DNA of 64,000 nucleotides, from NCBI RefSeq assembly GCF_009834535.1, contig NC_045701.1:73036001-73100000 (forward strand). The letters are read 5' to 3'. Positions 23,590 to 34,970 of this stretch are shown here, piece by piece (the stretch's first letter is position 1; each line of letters starts with the position of its first letter). The translations under genes were made by a program, and so were the position numbers. The notes under the pieces are model-generated. The model did no database searches and was not told where the DNA came from. It saw only the letters and a list, made by a program, of their open reading frames with translations. Source of the stretch: Camelus ferus. Lineage: Eukaryota.

Positions 23590-24560
23590 TCTAATTAGTC
23601 TCTGTTGCTGCTGTCACAAATTAATGATCTTAGTGACCAAAGGCAATGTCCATTTATTAGCTCACAGTTGTGTAGCTCAGAAGTACAGGCACGTTTGGAT
23701 CGGTCCTCTGCTTAGGGTCTCACAGGCTGAAGTCAGGGTGTTGGCTGGATGGGCTTTTATCTGCAGATTCCGGGGAGACCCTACCTCCAGCCTCACGCCT
23801 GTTGTAGACCAAAGTTAATTCCTCGCAGTTGCAGGATTGAAGTCCCCATTTCTTTGCTAGCTGTAGGCCTAGGGTCACTTCAGCTCCTAACGGTTGTCCA
23901 CGTTCTTTGTGCTGGGGCCTATTCCATCTCCAAGGCCAGCAGTGGAGCATCAAACCCTCCCTGTGCTTCACATCTCTGACTTCCTTCTGTTACTAGCTGG
24001 AGAAACCTCTGCTTTCAGAGGGCTCACGTGGTTAGATTGGACCTACCTGAGTAACCTCCTTTTGCCATATGCGTTAATTTGCTGGGGCTGTCGAGCAAAG
24101 TACCACACAAACTTGGTGGCTTAAACAAGAAAATTCTATTATCTCACAGTTCTGGAGACTAAAAGTCTGAAATCAGGATGTTGGCCGGGCCAGTTCCTTC
24201 TGTGGGCNNNNNNNNNNNNNNNNNNNNNNNNNNNNNNNNNNNNNNNNNNNNNNNNNNNNNNNNNNNNNNNNNNNNNNNNNNNNNNNNNNNNNNNNNNNNN
24301 NNNNNNNNNNNNNNNNNNNNNNNNNNNNNNNNNNNNNNNNNNNNNNCCACCCTTCAGACCTCATCATAATTAATTACATCTGCAATGACCTTATAAAGAT
24401 CACTTTCTGAGATCCTGGGGTTTAAGATTTCAACACATGAACTCTGGAGGGACACAACTCAACCCATAGCACCATCTCCATATCGGTCATGACAGTGATA
24501 TCTCACGCTACTCCCAGGTTTCACCTGCACTCCAAGGGGAGGGGAGGCAGGGGTGAAGCT
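23590..24560 (-). mobile_element. MLT1 (E-like) solo LTR, interrupted at 24070-24471
   Basis: gctgctgtcacaaatt...ctcacagttgtgtagctcagaagt...gttagattggacctacc; resumes with cagtgatatctcac...ctccaaggggagggg. Confidence 0.7.
24070..24471 (-). mobile_element. MLT1 (B/C-like) solo LTR nested in the older MLT1
   Basis: tgcgttaatttgctggggctg...tctcacagttctggagactaaaagtctgaaatcagg...gacacaactcaacccatagca; flanked by CCATA/CCATC (4/5 TSD). Confidence 0.8.
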
Positions 24561-25149
24561 CATTGCTAGGCTTTCACTTGTCACCAAGTCCCTGTAGCAG
24601 GAGAGCTGCTCAGTGGTTGGCATGTGGGGACAGGAGGACAGCCGTGAGTGAGACGGGGATCACCAGCGGCCGTGGTGAGAGCAGCTGCGGCAGAGAGGAC
24701 AGTGTGGGGACCGCTGCACTCAAGGAGCATCTGTGACCGGGAGGAGGACGAGTGGTGAGAAGAGAAGAAAACCGGGTTGAATAAAAGAGACCTGGGCTTG
24801 CTTGCTTGTTGTAGGGAAGTAACCGGCGGAGAGGGACCTGTAGCTAGCTACAGCCTCCGGCTGTTTCAGGTTGTCGGCATGCCCCCTTTTATGCAGACCT
24901 GGCTTGTTACCCCATGGGGACTCTGTAGAACTCCACATATTATTAAATGGCCTCTGTGAATAGGTAGGTGTGCAATCCGGCTGAGTTATAGTTACTTGGG
25001 AGCCCCATGTTTGCTTACTTGTGGCCTGGTAACTCTCAGCCTTAATATCACAGGAACGCATTTCCATTTGGTCTCTACTTTCCCGATCCTTTAAAAATTT
25101 TATGTGATTTTCTTAGAAGGAAAGTTTTGATAGAACTTAGTAACAGCAG

Positions 25150-25330
25150 TAGGCACCGTTGATTGAGAATCTGCTGTATAACAGGCCTTGTGCATGTGCC
25201 TCACTCCTCACCCCTTTCCTACAAGGCAGACTACTGCCCCCATTTCACATGTGGGGAAACTGGGTCTCAGAGGGCTTCAGGGCTGTGGCCATGGTTACAG
25301 AACCAGCAGGTAGTGATGCTCTGTCTCCCC
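25150..25330 (-). mobile_element. MIR SINE
   Basis: ctgcccccatttcacatgtggggaaactgggtctcagaggg...gccatggttacagaacc. Confidence 0.7.
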
Positions 25331-25859
25331 CATCACTCTGGCTTCATCACCACACTTACATCAGACCCTCTCTCTTCTAAAGTTTGGCAAGTTTCTTCTT
25401 TTGTTTCTCTAGGATACACTTAGAAAAGCAAATATTCTGTGAGAACAAAATTGTAGGGCTTACCCTTTATTCCCCCCCTAGTCCCAAACTCCTGGGTTTC
25501 CCAGCTTAGCTATTTGAGAAATTACTCAAGGAAAATGTTCATCTCCACCCAGAATAATTCATTGCTGAGCAGAGAACAATACAGAGACATTTCAGCCAGT
25601 GTGACTTTTTCCAAAGGTCAAGCATGCCGGGTGCCCAGGGGCTTGTGATGGACACAATGCTCAAGGCACAAAATCACATTTGCTTCTCTTCCTGGATACA
25701 TTCCATCATGAAAGGGTTTGCAAGATTCCATCTGCTGATGTACAGAAGTCTGTTCTCCAAAATGGGGGCCTGTTCTCATTTCCAAGGAGAACTGTGAATC
25801 TGAGAAGGGATTTCAAAGGAGCATGTCAGGAGTAAGAACCTAGAGCAATTGGAATTCAG

Positions 25860-26110
25860 GGTCATGGAGGGGAGAAGTAGCAGGCGTGGCCCCTAGACCT
25901 TGCACACTTGAGAAGCCATGAATTGTGCTGGAGGTGAGATCACTTTGGGGAAAGCTGCAGAGAGACAATCACAAGCTGACTGGACTTTGGAGGAAGTGCA
26001 GGAGTTTTTTAGGCAAGTGGAAGGTAGAAGGTGGGAGACATGGGCATCTCAGCTAGAGGCAAGATACAGAGATTTAAATGTCAATGCTTGTCATGCCAAG
26101 TGGCTCAAAT
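25860..26110 (-). mobile_element. L2 LINE fragment
   Basis: Purine-rich antisense L2 internal sequence (gagaagccatgaattgtg...gatacagagatttaaatgtca). Confidence 0.45.
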
Positions 26111-26124
26111 ATAAATGATAATAT

Positions 26125-26345
26125 TAATAATCATATGGTCACTCTCCTACTAATAAGCACAAGCACTTACATATTCCTACTGCATACCAGGGTACATTAA
26201 TTATATTCTAAGTACATTAATTACATTAACTCATATATTCCTCAAAGCAGCCATATGAGGTGGGTATTGTTATTATCCCTGTCTTAAAGATGAGGAAACT
26301 GACGCACAGAGCAGCAAGTTATCATTCCAAAGAAACCTCAGCTCT
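26125..26345 (-). mobile_element. MIR SINE
   Basis: catatgaggtgggtattgttattatccctgtcttaaagatgaggaaactgacgcacagag. Confidence 0.8.
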
Positions 26346-26383
26346 CAGAATTATGATTCTATTCCAGCAATCTACCTCTGGAG

Positions 26384-26594
26384 TAGTGCTATCCATTAGA
26401 ACTTCCTATAATGATGGAAGTGTTCTAAGTCTGCCCTTCCATTTGGTAGTCACTAACCACACATGGCTGTTGAGGACTTGAAATGTGGCTGGTGTGACTG
26501 AGGAAAGGCATTTTGCATTTTATTTAATTTTAATTATTATATTTAAGTGTATATAGGTACATGTGACTAGTGACTGCTCTACTGGACAAGGCAG
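26384..26594. mobile_element. MER3 hAT/Charlie MITE, near full length
   Basis: tagtgctatccattagaacttcctataatgatggaagtgttcta...cacatggctgttgaggacttgaaatgtggctggtgtgactgagg...ctggacaaggcag; degenerate TSD CTCTGGAG/CTCGCTAG. Confidence 0.85.
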
Positions 26595-26689
26595 CTCGCT
26601 AGTCTGCTGAACGGTAACCCTCTGCTGCCTTTCAAACTGGGGGTTGCAGAGGTGACCCTGTGATGACAGCGGTAGTACTGACCACTGCC

Positions 26690-27190
26690 CTGGGAATAAT
26701 GGCTGCCATTTATTTAGCTCTTACTACGTGCAAGGTAAGGTATTAAGTGCTTCCAGTTAGGTTACATCCTGTCGTCTCCGTGACAACCTTGTGGGTGACG
26801 GCTACAGGCAGGGATTCTGGATCCAAATGCCTGCATTCAAAACCTGGCTCCACGCTTGTCGGTGGTAACCTCAGCCTTAGGTTATCCTCTCTGTGCTCAG
26901 TTTCCTCATTTGGGAAATAGAGTAAATAACAGAAGCTTCTTCATATACTTGTTAAGATGACGGCAAGAGTCTGTGCATGTAAAGTATGTCACGTGGTGCC
27001 TAATGTGTGACAAGCATCTAATACATAGGTGGTATTATCATTACCACGCTTTCACATGAGACGAAGAAACCAAGACACAGAGAGTAAGACATCAAGCTGG
27101 AAGGCACCGCTAACTGTGGGAGAGTTGGAACTCAACCTGCAGGTAGCCTGATTTCAAAGCCCAGGTTCTTAACTATACTGTGGTATAGTT
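26690..27190. mobile_element. MIR(-) host split by a MIR(+) insert (~26798-27040)
   Basis: Host 5' part ...gacaaccttgtgggtg; + strand MIR ttcaaaacctggctcc...ctcagtttcctcatttg; host resumes ...ctttcacatgag...aaccaagacacagaga. Confidence 0.65.
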
Positions 27191-27239
27191 AAGAGTTTAG
27201 TTAAGTTCTAGAAACTTCAGAGTTTCTAGAAGTGTCACT

Positions 27240-27385
27240 TCTGGAGAACTAGTATTAAGATCCTCTAGCATGCTTGTTAAAAATTTCGTCTCTTAGACTC
27301 GCAGAGAACTAGTATCGCAGACTGTTTAGGGTGAAGACCGGAAATCTGCATTTTAGTAAGTTCCCCAAGTGATTTTCAGAAGGAG
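27240..27385. mobile_element. MER5A-like MITE
   Basis: gcatgcttgttaaaaa...ggaaatctgcattttagtaagttccccaagtgatt. Confidence 0.65.
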
Positions 27386-27399
27386 GAGAACCAGGGCAG

Positions 27400-27960
27400 G
27401 GCAGCTTCCAGGAGGCCAAGAGAAGGGAGGATTTTAGCAAGAGGGTTGTCAGCAATGCCACACACCACTGAGAACTCAAGCAGAAGCCTGGAGAGAGGAC
27501 CTGGGGTAGACTTGACAAGCTGGACATGTTCGGTGCCTTTTGTCACCAGTGAAGTGATAAGGGATAGAAGCCCAGAGAGTGGATGGAGGTTGCAAGGTAG
27601 AGGCAAGGAATATAGATTACTCTCCTCAGAGGAAAAAGGAAGAGGGAAGATGCTTGGGGGTGAGACATGGTTGACAGAGGGTTGTTTGTAGGATGAGTCA
27701 GGCTTGAGTATGTTAACCGGAAGAGGGGACCCAGAGCCCATGGAGTAGAAGGATCCGAAGATAGTGAAAGGAAGAGATGATTTTGGATCAAAACCTCAGA
27801 GGAGGGAAGAGGAGATCAGATCTTGGGAAAAGCTGGGGTACTTCTTTCTATGGGATAGGAAGGAAAAGTAGAGAAAAGCTTAGAGGTAGAAGCAAGCATT
27901 CACACTGAAATTCTTGGAAGTGTAATTCTAGATTGTTCAAGATGAGGGCAGTGGTGAGGG
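27400..27960 (-). mobile_element. L2 LINE internal fragment
   Basis: Purine-rich antisense L2 blocks (ttgtcagcaatgcc...actgagaactcaagcaga; agaagcccagagagtggatggagg). Confidence 0.55.
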
Positions 27961-27984
27961 ATGAGGATGAACATGGTGACGTCT

Positions 27985-28200
27985 ACAATACTTCGAAGGC
28001 TTACTGCTCTGTGCCAGGCATTGCATAGTGCTCTTCAGGAATTAACCTTTTTTAATCCCAAGAGGTGAAGGTAATAGGCATACACTTTTTACAGCCCTCA
28101 AGGAGAAGTTCATTGCCTGTGGTCGCTCAACTAGTAAGTAGTTGAGCTGGGATTTGACCCCAGGAGTCTGAGTTCAGAGTCTGATCTCTTAACTGCTATA
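27985..28200 (-). mobile_element. MIR SINE
   Basis: cttactgctctgtgccaggcattg...gttgagctgggatttgaccccaggagtctgagttcagag. Confidence 0.7.
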
Positions 28201-29879
28201 CAAAGTGAAAACAAGGCAGCCAAAATGAAGACTTGTATTCTCATAGTATTTTTTTTTTTTTGGAACTCTTCTCCCCATTTTACAGGTGTCAAAACCAAAG
28301 CCAAATTTGCCAGACTTGTCCCCTGTCTGGGTAGGGTCAGAGCTATGGCTGAAATTGGAGACTCTTGATTTCTAGTTCTGTTCTCTTTCCCAGGAAATGA
28401 ACACCCACACACGCAGCTCCTGAGTAAACTCTGTTACATTTCCGAGCAATGTCTTTCCCTCTCTTCTTGCTTCCATTCCAACACCTGCTCCCACCTCTGC
28501 TGCCACCCTCACCCAAGTCCTGAAATGCTAGGAAGGAAGGTGGTCCAGCACCTGCTCCCTCCTTCTGGCTGGAATCCTCATCCTGGCCTGGTGCCACTGC
28601 CCTGCTCTAGCATGAGGGGCCCCATGCAGACAGGCAGCGGGTGGAAGGCCACGTTTGTTTTGCTTTTATTGTTAAATAATATAAATCTCTTGGCTGCACC
28701 ACCCGCCGGGATGTGAGTTGTGTGTCTTCCCCGCACAGTCGCTAATGAGACAGTTAATCATTTGTTTATTCTGTGTGAAGAGAGGTGGTGGCCATATCTC
28801 TCAAACCAGACACAGGGCTCAGGACCCTTGGGGAAGCTGCCCACCCCTGGCACGTGCGTCACCCACAGTCCCAGCACAGTCCTGCCCTGCAGGCCCCCAC
28901 ACCTCTTTCCCCAAAGCCTTGACCAGGATGCAGGCATCAGCTGATGCAGCTGATGAGGATATTATTACTGTTTTTGGACCTATTATTTTTTAAAAACACT
29001 TCCTTCCCTGAGAAGCAAAAAAAAAAAAAGTAATTTATAAAGATGCTTTGTTGGGAGATAAGTAGGTTTCCTCTTGGGCGCGGGGGTTTATCTCACTTAT
29101 GCAGGGGTTTATAGAGGTCGTGCAATGCAGGAGATAAAGCTCTGGGATCCTCCCCGGGGAAGACAGTCAGTGTTCTGCTGTTTTCCTATTTTCAGGGTTA
29201 AAGAGGTGAAATCAGCTGTGTTCCTCCCCCAGGCTCCCTGGGGCTGAGGCTACTTTTATTAGAGCAAATCAGGCTTGTCCAGGAGCCATGGGATGGGGGA
29301 GGAGAGAGTCAGGAGGATGTGAGGAAGGGGCTGGGGTGGGGGGTGTGCTGGAGAGACTGCTGCGTGCCTCTGGAATGCCCAATCTGAATGATTGTCTTCA
29401 AGGACTCCCATCTCATCCATTTGCATGCTGTTAGCATCCTCATGCTATTTTCTTGGTGTTTGGATAAATCCTATTGCCCGAAGCTTATATTTCAATTAAC
29501 TAGGTCCAACTGTCTGTGTCCTGAGGCATAGGGATCGGCTGGGGCCTTGCATCATTGACAGTCTGTCTGTCTGTCTTCAGTCAGCCAACTCCCATCCTTG
29601 AGCCTGTGCCCCTCTGCGGAACTATTTGCATCCCAGGCAGGGGCAGAAGTTCCCAGGGCAGGGCTTATGTTTTAGGAGCAGTCTGGATGGGCAGAACAGC
29701 TATTCTTTTAGACCACTGGAGCAGGGACAAGAGTGTACAGGCCTCCACGGAAACAGTGAAGCAGGTCGGAGGCGGCAGTGGAGTGGAATTGGCTCCTGGC
29801 CACGGCTGATTTCTAGTTTTCTCTCTGCTTCACTCTGGGACCCTGGTTGAGATACTTCTACTTTAGTCTCCCACCTAGA

Positions 29880-30225
29880 TATATTCTTCTTCATCTCATC
29901 CTTTCTCCTCCCTTTTCTTCCCCCAACCCCCCTTTTCAACCTCTACATCTTTATTCTTGTGTCCTCCAGCAGAATTTCCTTCCCTTTTCTTTTCATGCCA
30001 CTCCTTATCAAAACCATCCTCAAAGGTTCAGTTCAAATGTCACCCCCTCCAGGAAGCCTTCCCTTTATTCTCTCCAGGCAGAATTAACCTTCCTTTCTGT
30101 GCTCCAGATTACTCGGATCTCACACCTCTCCCTTCTTCGGGTCAGGGTCAGGGCTGGCATCTCACCGTGTGTGTGTGTCTCATGACACAGCATCACACAG
30201 TCCACGTGATTTTGTGTCTTTGAGT
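29880..30225 (+). mobile_element. L2 LINE fragment
   Basis: caaaggttcagttcaaatgtcaccccctccaggaagccttccctt. Confidence 0.55.
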
Positions 30226-30242
30226 TTGTTCTGGTTTAGCTT

Positions 30243-30697
30243 TGTAATGGGTTTAATGGTGACCTCCCACAAGATACGGCGTGTTCTGATTTCTGGACCC
30301 CATGAATATTACCTTACTGGGAAAACCGGTTGTTGTAAATGTAATTAAGTTAAGGATCTTGAGATGAAGAGATAATTCTGGATTATTCAAGTGGGCTCGA
30401 AAACCAGCGACAAGTGTCCTTATAAGAGACACACAGGGAAGATTTGACAGACAGAAAAGGAGAAGGTGATGTGAAGGTGGAGGCAGAAATTGCAGTGATG
30501 CAGTCACAAGCCAGTGAATCCAAGGAATCCTGACAGCTGCCAGAAGCCGGGAGAGGCAAGGGAGGATTCTCTCCGAGAGCCTCTGGAGGGAGTGGCTCTG
30601 CCAACACCTTGATTTCAGACCTCCGTCCTTTAGAACTGTGAGAGAATAAATCCGGCTTGTGGTAACTTGTTGCAGTGGCCCTGGGAAACTAATCGCA
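30243..30697 (+). mobile_element. MLT1C-like solo LTR, full length
   Basis: TG...CA termini: tgtaatgggtttaatgg...gtaattaagttaaggatcttgagatg...gaactgtgagagaataaat...gggaaactaatcgca. Confidence 0.9.
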
Positions 30698-30894
30698 GGC
30701 GGGTGGGCCTGGGAGAGGCAGAAAGAACACAAAAGTATCAGTGTGCGGAATCCAGACCCTTCCTTCCAGGCTTGTTTATTACCACCCTGGCTTCTTCTAC
30801 TTTTGTTTTATATAGTCCAAGTCCTGTCACTCCTGCACCTTCTGGAGTTAAGGACGGGCCTTGATAGAGTTGGAACCTCAATCCTGAGTGAACA

Positions 30895-31135
30895 ATCATC
30901 ATTATAATACCAGTAAGAGCAGCTGGCGTTTGTACAGTTTGCAGAGCACTTTGCCTCACCTCATTTCACCCTGTCTTTACAAGAGCCTTGAAAGGTGGGT
31001 GTTGGGATCCCCATTGACACATGAGGAAACGGACAACCGGAAGTGCAGAGGGACTCCGGCATAACCGCACGTGCAACGGCTGTGGTTGCGCCAAGACTTC
31101 AAAAACCCTTGTCTTCTGGTTCCAAAGTCATTGTT
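30895..31135 (-). mobile_element. MIR SINE
   Basis: cctcatttcaccctgtc...ccccattgacacatgaggaaacggac. Confidence 0.65.
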
Positions 31136-31389
31136 TTCCAACTGTGTGCTTGATGTTCTTTGGAGATAAGACCCACTGGGTCAAATCTGCTTTTTATTCT
31201 CTCCAAGACAAGAATATACTTTACCTGAAGTAGAGATTCCCACTTTTCCTTCTTTCCCTCAAGATGTGCTAAGACTCAGCAGACTTTGGCAGCAGTGCAG
31301 AGGATGAGAGGGAGCCCTGTTTCTTCAAGGGTCTTTGTTTTAAAAGGAATCTCTGTGTGCGTTAATCCTCTGTTATTGTTTGGGTAGGC

Positions 31390-31394
<5 letters not shown>

Positions 31395-31436
<42 letters not shown>
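31395..31436 (+). repeat. (TG)21 microsatellite
   Basis: Perfect TG run of 42 bp. Confidence 0.97.
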
Positions 31437-31444
<8 letters not shown>

Positions 31445-31491
31445 GTGTTTGCACGCATGCATGCACATGCAGTCTGCACTTTGCCAGCTGT

Positions 31492-31510
31492 TATCCCCCT
31501 CTGGTGGTCA
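31492..31510 (-). promoter_or_regulatory. Candidate CTCF motif
   Basis: The - strand reads TGACCACCAGAGGGGGATA vs consensus TGGCCACCAGGGGGCGCTA (15/19). Motif match only. Confidence 0.35.
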
Positions 31511-31714
31511 CTGGCATAAATCCATCACCTGATCATCTAAAATCTCAATGAAAGGATGATCACTAGGCCAGGAAGACCAAGGGAAAGTCAACAGTCAATG
31601 GATTTAGTATGGTTGATGTTTGCACACTCCTCTCTCTTTAAAAGCTTCAGTGGATGATTCTGCTCCCCAAATGGGATACCTTTATCCAAGGAAAGTAAGA
31701 GAGTTGCATAAGTG

Positions 31715-31920
31715 GAAAGAAAGTGGGCTTTGGAGTCTGACAGACATAGGTTCACATCTTAACTCTGCTGCTTAACATCTACATTGGTTTGAGTTTAATT
31801 AACCTTGCCAATCTGTAACTGTAAAATGGGGTAATAACAAATACCCTCCCAGGGGTGTTACAAGGTTATGTGAAATAATGTGCTTAAATTGCCTGGTACA
31901 TATTAGACACTCAGTCATTG
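31715..31920 (+). mobile_element. MIR SINE
   Basis: gtgggctttggagtctgacagacataggttcac...ctgtaaaatggggtaataac...gtgaaataatgtgc. Confidence 0.85.
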
Positions 31921-31978
31921 TTTATTTTCTCCCTCTTACCCACAAATGGTTAATACTGCTATTAAAATTATGCTTCTA

Positions 31979-34970
31979 GCTGAAATTAAAAAATACCTTG
32001 AGACAAATGATAATGAAAGCACAACCACTCAAAACCTATGGGACACAGCAAAGGCAGTGCTAAGAGGGAAGTTTATAGCGATACAGGCCTTCCTCAAAAA
32101 AGAAGAACAATCTCAAATAAACAATTTAACCCACCACCTGAATGAATTAGAAAAAGAAGAACAAAAAGCCCCAAAAAGCAGCAGAAGGAAGGAAATAATA
32201 AAGATCAGAGAGGAATTAAATACAATAGAGATTAACAAGACATAGAAAAAATCAACCAAACCAAAAGCTGGTTTTTTGAAAAAGTAAATAAAATCGACAA
32301 ACCTCTGGCCAAACTCACAAAGAAGAAAAAAGAGAGAGCACAAATTAGCAAAATAAGAAAGGAAAATGGAGAAATTACAACAAACAAAATAGAAATACAG
32401 AATATCATACGAGAATATTATGAAAAACTATATGGAACCAAACTGGATAACCTAGAGGAGATGGACAAGTTTCTGGAAACATACTGTCCACCAAAACTGA
32501 ATCAAGAAGAATCTGAACACTTGAACAATCCGATCACTAGAAAGGAGATAGAAATAGCAATTAAAAACCTCCCTACAAATAAAAGTCCAGGACCGGNNNN
32601 NNNNNNNNNNNNNNNNNNNNNNNNNNNNNNNNNNNNNNNNNNNNNNNNNNNNNNNNNNNNNNNNNNNNNNNNNNNNNNNNNNNNNNNNNNNNNNNNNNNN
32701 NNNNNNNNNNNNNNNNNNNNNNNNNNNNNNNNNNNNNNNNNNNNNNNNNNNNNNNNNNNNNNNNNNNNNNNNNNNNNNNNNNNNNNNNNNNNNNNNNNNN
32801 NNNNNNNNNNNNNNNNNNNNNNNNNNNNNNNNNNNNNNNNNNNNNNNNNNNNNNNNNNNNNNNNNNNNNNNNNNNNNNNNNNNNNNNNNNNNNNNNNNNN
32901 NNNNNNNNNNNNNNNNNNNNNNNNNNNNNNNNNNNNNNNNNNNNNNNNNNNNNNNNNNNNNNNNNNNNNNNNNNNNNNNNNNNNNNNNNNNNNNNNNNNN
33001 NNNNNNNNNNNNNNNNNNNNNNNNNNNNNNNNNNNNNNNNNNNNNNNNNNNNNNNNNNNNNNNNNNNNNNNNNNNNNNNNNNNNNNNNNNNNNNNNNNNN
33101 NNNNNNNTGGTGAAAAACTCAAANNNNNNNNNNNNNNNNNNNNNNNNNNNNNNNNNNNNNNNNNNNNNNNNNNNNNNNNNNNNNNNNNNNNNNNNNNNNN
33201 NNNNNNNNNNNNNNNNNNNNNNNNNNNNNNNNNNNNNNNNNNNNNNNNNNNNNNNNNNNNNNNNNNNNAATTATATGCTGATGACATGTTACTATATATA
33301 GAAAACCCTAAAAGGTCCACACAAAAGCTACTAGAGCTGATTGAAGAATTCAGCAAGGTAGCAGGTTACAAAATTAACGTTCAAAAATCAGTTGCATTTC
33401 TTTACACTAACGATAAATCAACAGAAGAAGAAAGTAAAGAAACAATCCCTTTTAAAATAGCACCCAAAGTAATAAAATATCTGGGAATAAATCTAACCAA
33501 GGAGGTGAAAGAATTATACACNNNNNNNNNNNNNNNNNNNNNNNNNNNNNNNNNNNNNNNNNNNNNNNNNNNNNNNNNNNNNNNNNNNNNNNNNNNNNNN
33601 NNNNNNNNNNNNNNNNNNNNNNNNNNNNNNNNNNNNNNNNNNNNNNNNNNNNNNNNNNNNNNNNNNNNNNNNNNNNNGACATATTTCACAGAACTAGAAA
33701 AAATCATAATAAAATTCATATGGAACCATCAAAGACCTAGAATTGCCAAAGCATTACTGAAGAGAAAGAAAGAGGCTGGAGGAATAACTCTCCCAGACTT
33801 CAGACAATACTATAGAGCTACAGTCATCAAGACAGCATGGTATTGGTACCAAAACAGACATATAGACCAATGGAACAGAATAGAGAGCCCAGAAATGAAC
33901 CCACAAACTTTTGGTCAACTCATCTTTGACAAAGGAGGCAAGAATATACATTGGAATAAAGACAGTCTCTTCAGCAAATGGTGTTGGGAAAACTGGACAG
34001 CAGCATGTAAAACAATGAAGCTAGAACACTCCCTTACACCATATACAAAAATCAACTCAAAATGGATTAAAGACTTAAACATAAGACAAGATACAATAAA
34101 CCTCCTAGAGGAAAACATAGGCAAAACATTATCTGACATACATTTCAAAATTTTCTCCTAGAAGAAATAAAAGCAAGAATAAACAAATGGGACCTAATGA
34201 AACTTACAAGCTTCTGCACAGCAAAGGAAACCAGAAGTAAAACAAGAAGAAAACCTACGGAATGGGAGAAAATTTTTGCAAGTGAAACCGACAAAGGCTT
34301 GATCTCCAGAATATATAAGCAGCTCATACGACTCAGTAAGAAAAAAATTAACAATCCAATCCAAAAATGGGCAGAAGNNNNNNNNNNNNNNNNNNNNNNN
34401 NNNNNNNNNNNNNNNNNNNNNNNNNNNNNNNNNNNNNNNNNNNNNNNNNNNNNNNNNNNNNNNNNNNNNNNNNNNNNNNNNNNNNNNNNNNNNNNNNNNN
34501 NNNNNNNNNNNNNNNNNNNNNNNNNNNNNNNNNNNNNNNNNNNNNNNNNNNNNNNNNNNNNNNNNNNNNNNNNNNNNNNNNNNNNNNNNNNNNNNNNNNN
34601 NNNNNNNNNNNNNNNNNNNNNNNNNNNNNNNNNNNNNNNNNNNNNNNNNNNNNNCTTACCATATGACCCAGGAATCCCACTCCTGGGCTTGTATCCAGAA
34701 GGAAATCTACTTCAGGANNNNNNNNNNNNNNNNNNNNNNNNNNNNNNNNNNNNNNNNNNNNNNNNNNNNNNNNNNNNNNNNNNNNNNNNNNNNNNNNNNN
34801 NNNNNNNNNNNNNNNNNNNNNNNNNNNNNNNNNNNNNNNNNNNNNNNNNNNNNNNNNNNNNNNNNNNNNNNNNNNNNNNNNNNNNNNNNNNNNNNNNNNN
34901 NNNNNNCATTCTAAGTGAAGTAAGCCAGAAAGAGAAAGAAAATATGAGATCGCTCATATGTGGAATCTAA
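31979..34970 (+). pseudogene. L1 ORF2p remnant (end of endonuclease region, reverse transcriptase, C-terminal domain), frameshifted
   Basis: [59 protein letters not shown]...CGI in three successive frames; -1 shifts near 32242 and 34158. Confidence 0.95.
32597..33107. other. Largest of 11 N blocks (8543-8733, 20216-20352, 24208-24346, 32597-33107, 33124-33268, 33522-33677, 34378-34654, 34718-34906, 49592-49748, 49834-50043, 61352-61485)
   Basis: Directly visible. Ten lie inside or abut recognisable LTR/L1 repeats; the last lies in an unassigned segment. Confidence 0.95.

Noticed and set aside
30253-30732. 159-aa ORF on the - strand
   Set aside because: Antisense reading of the MLT1C-like LTR.
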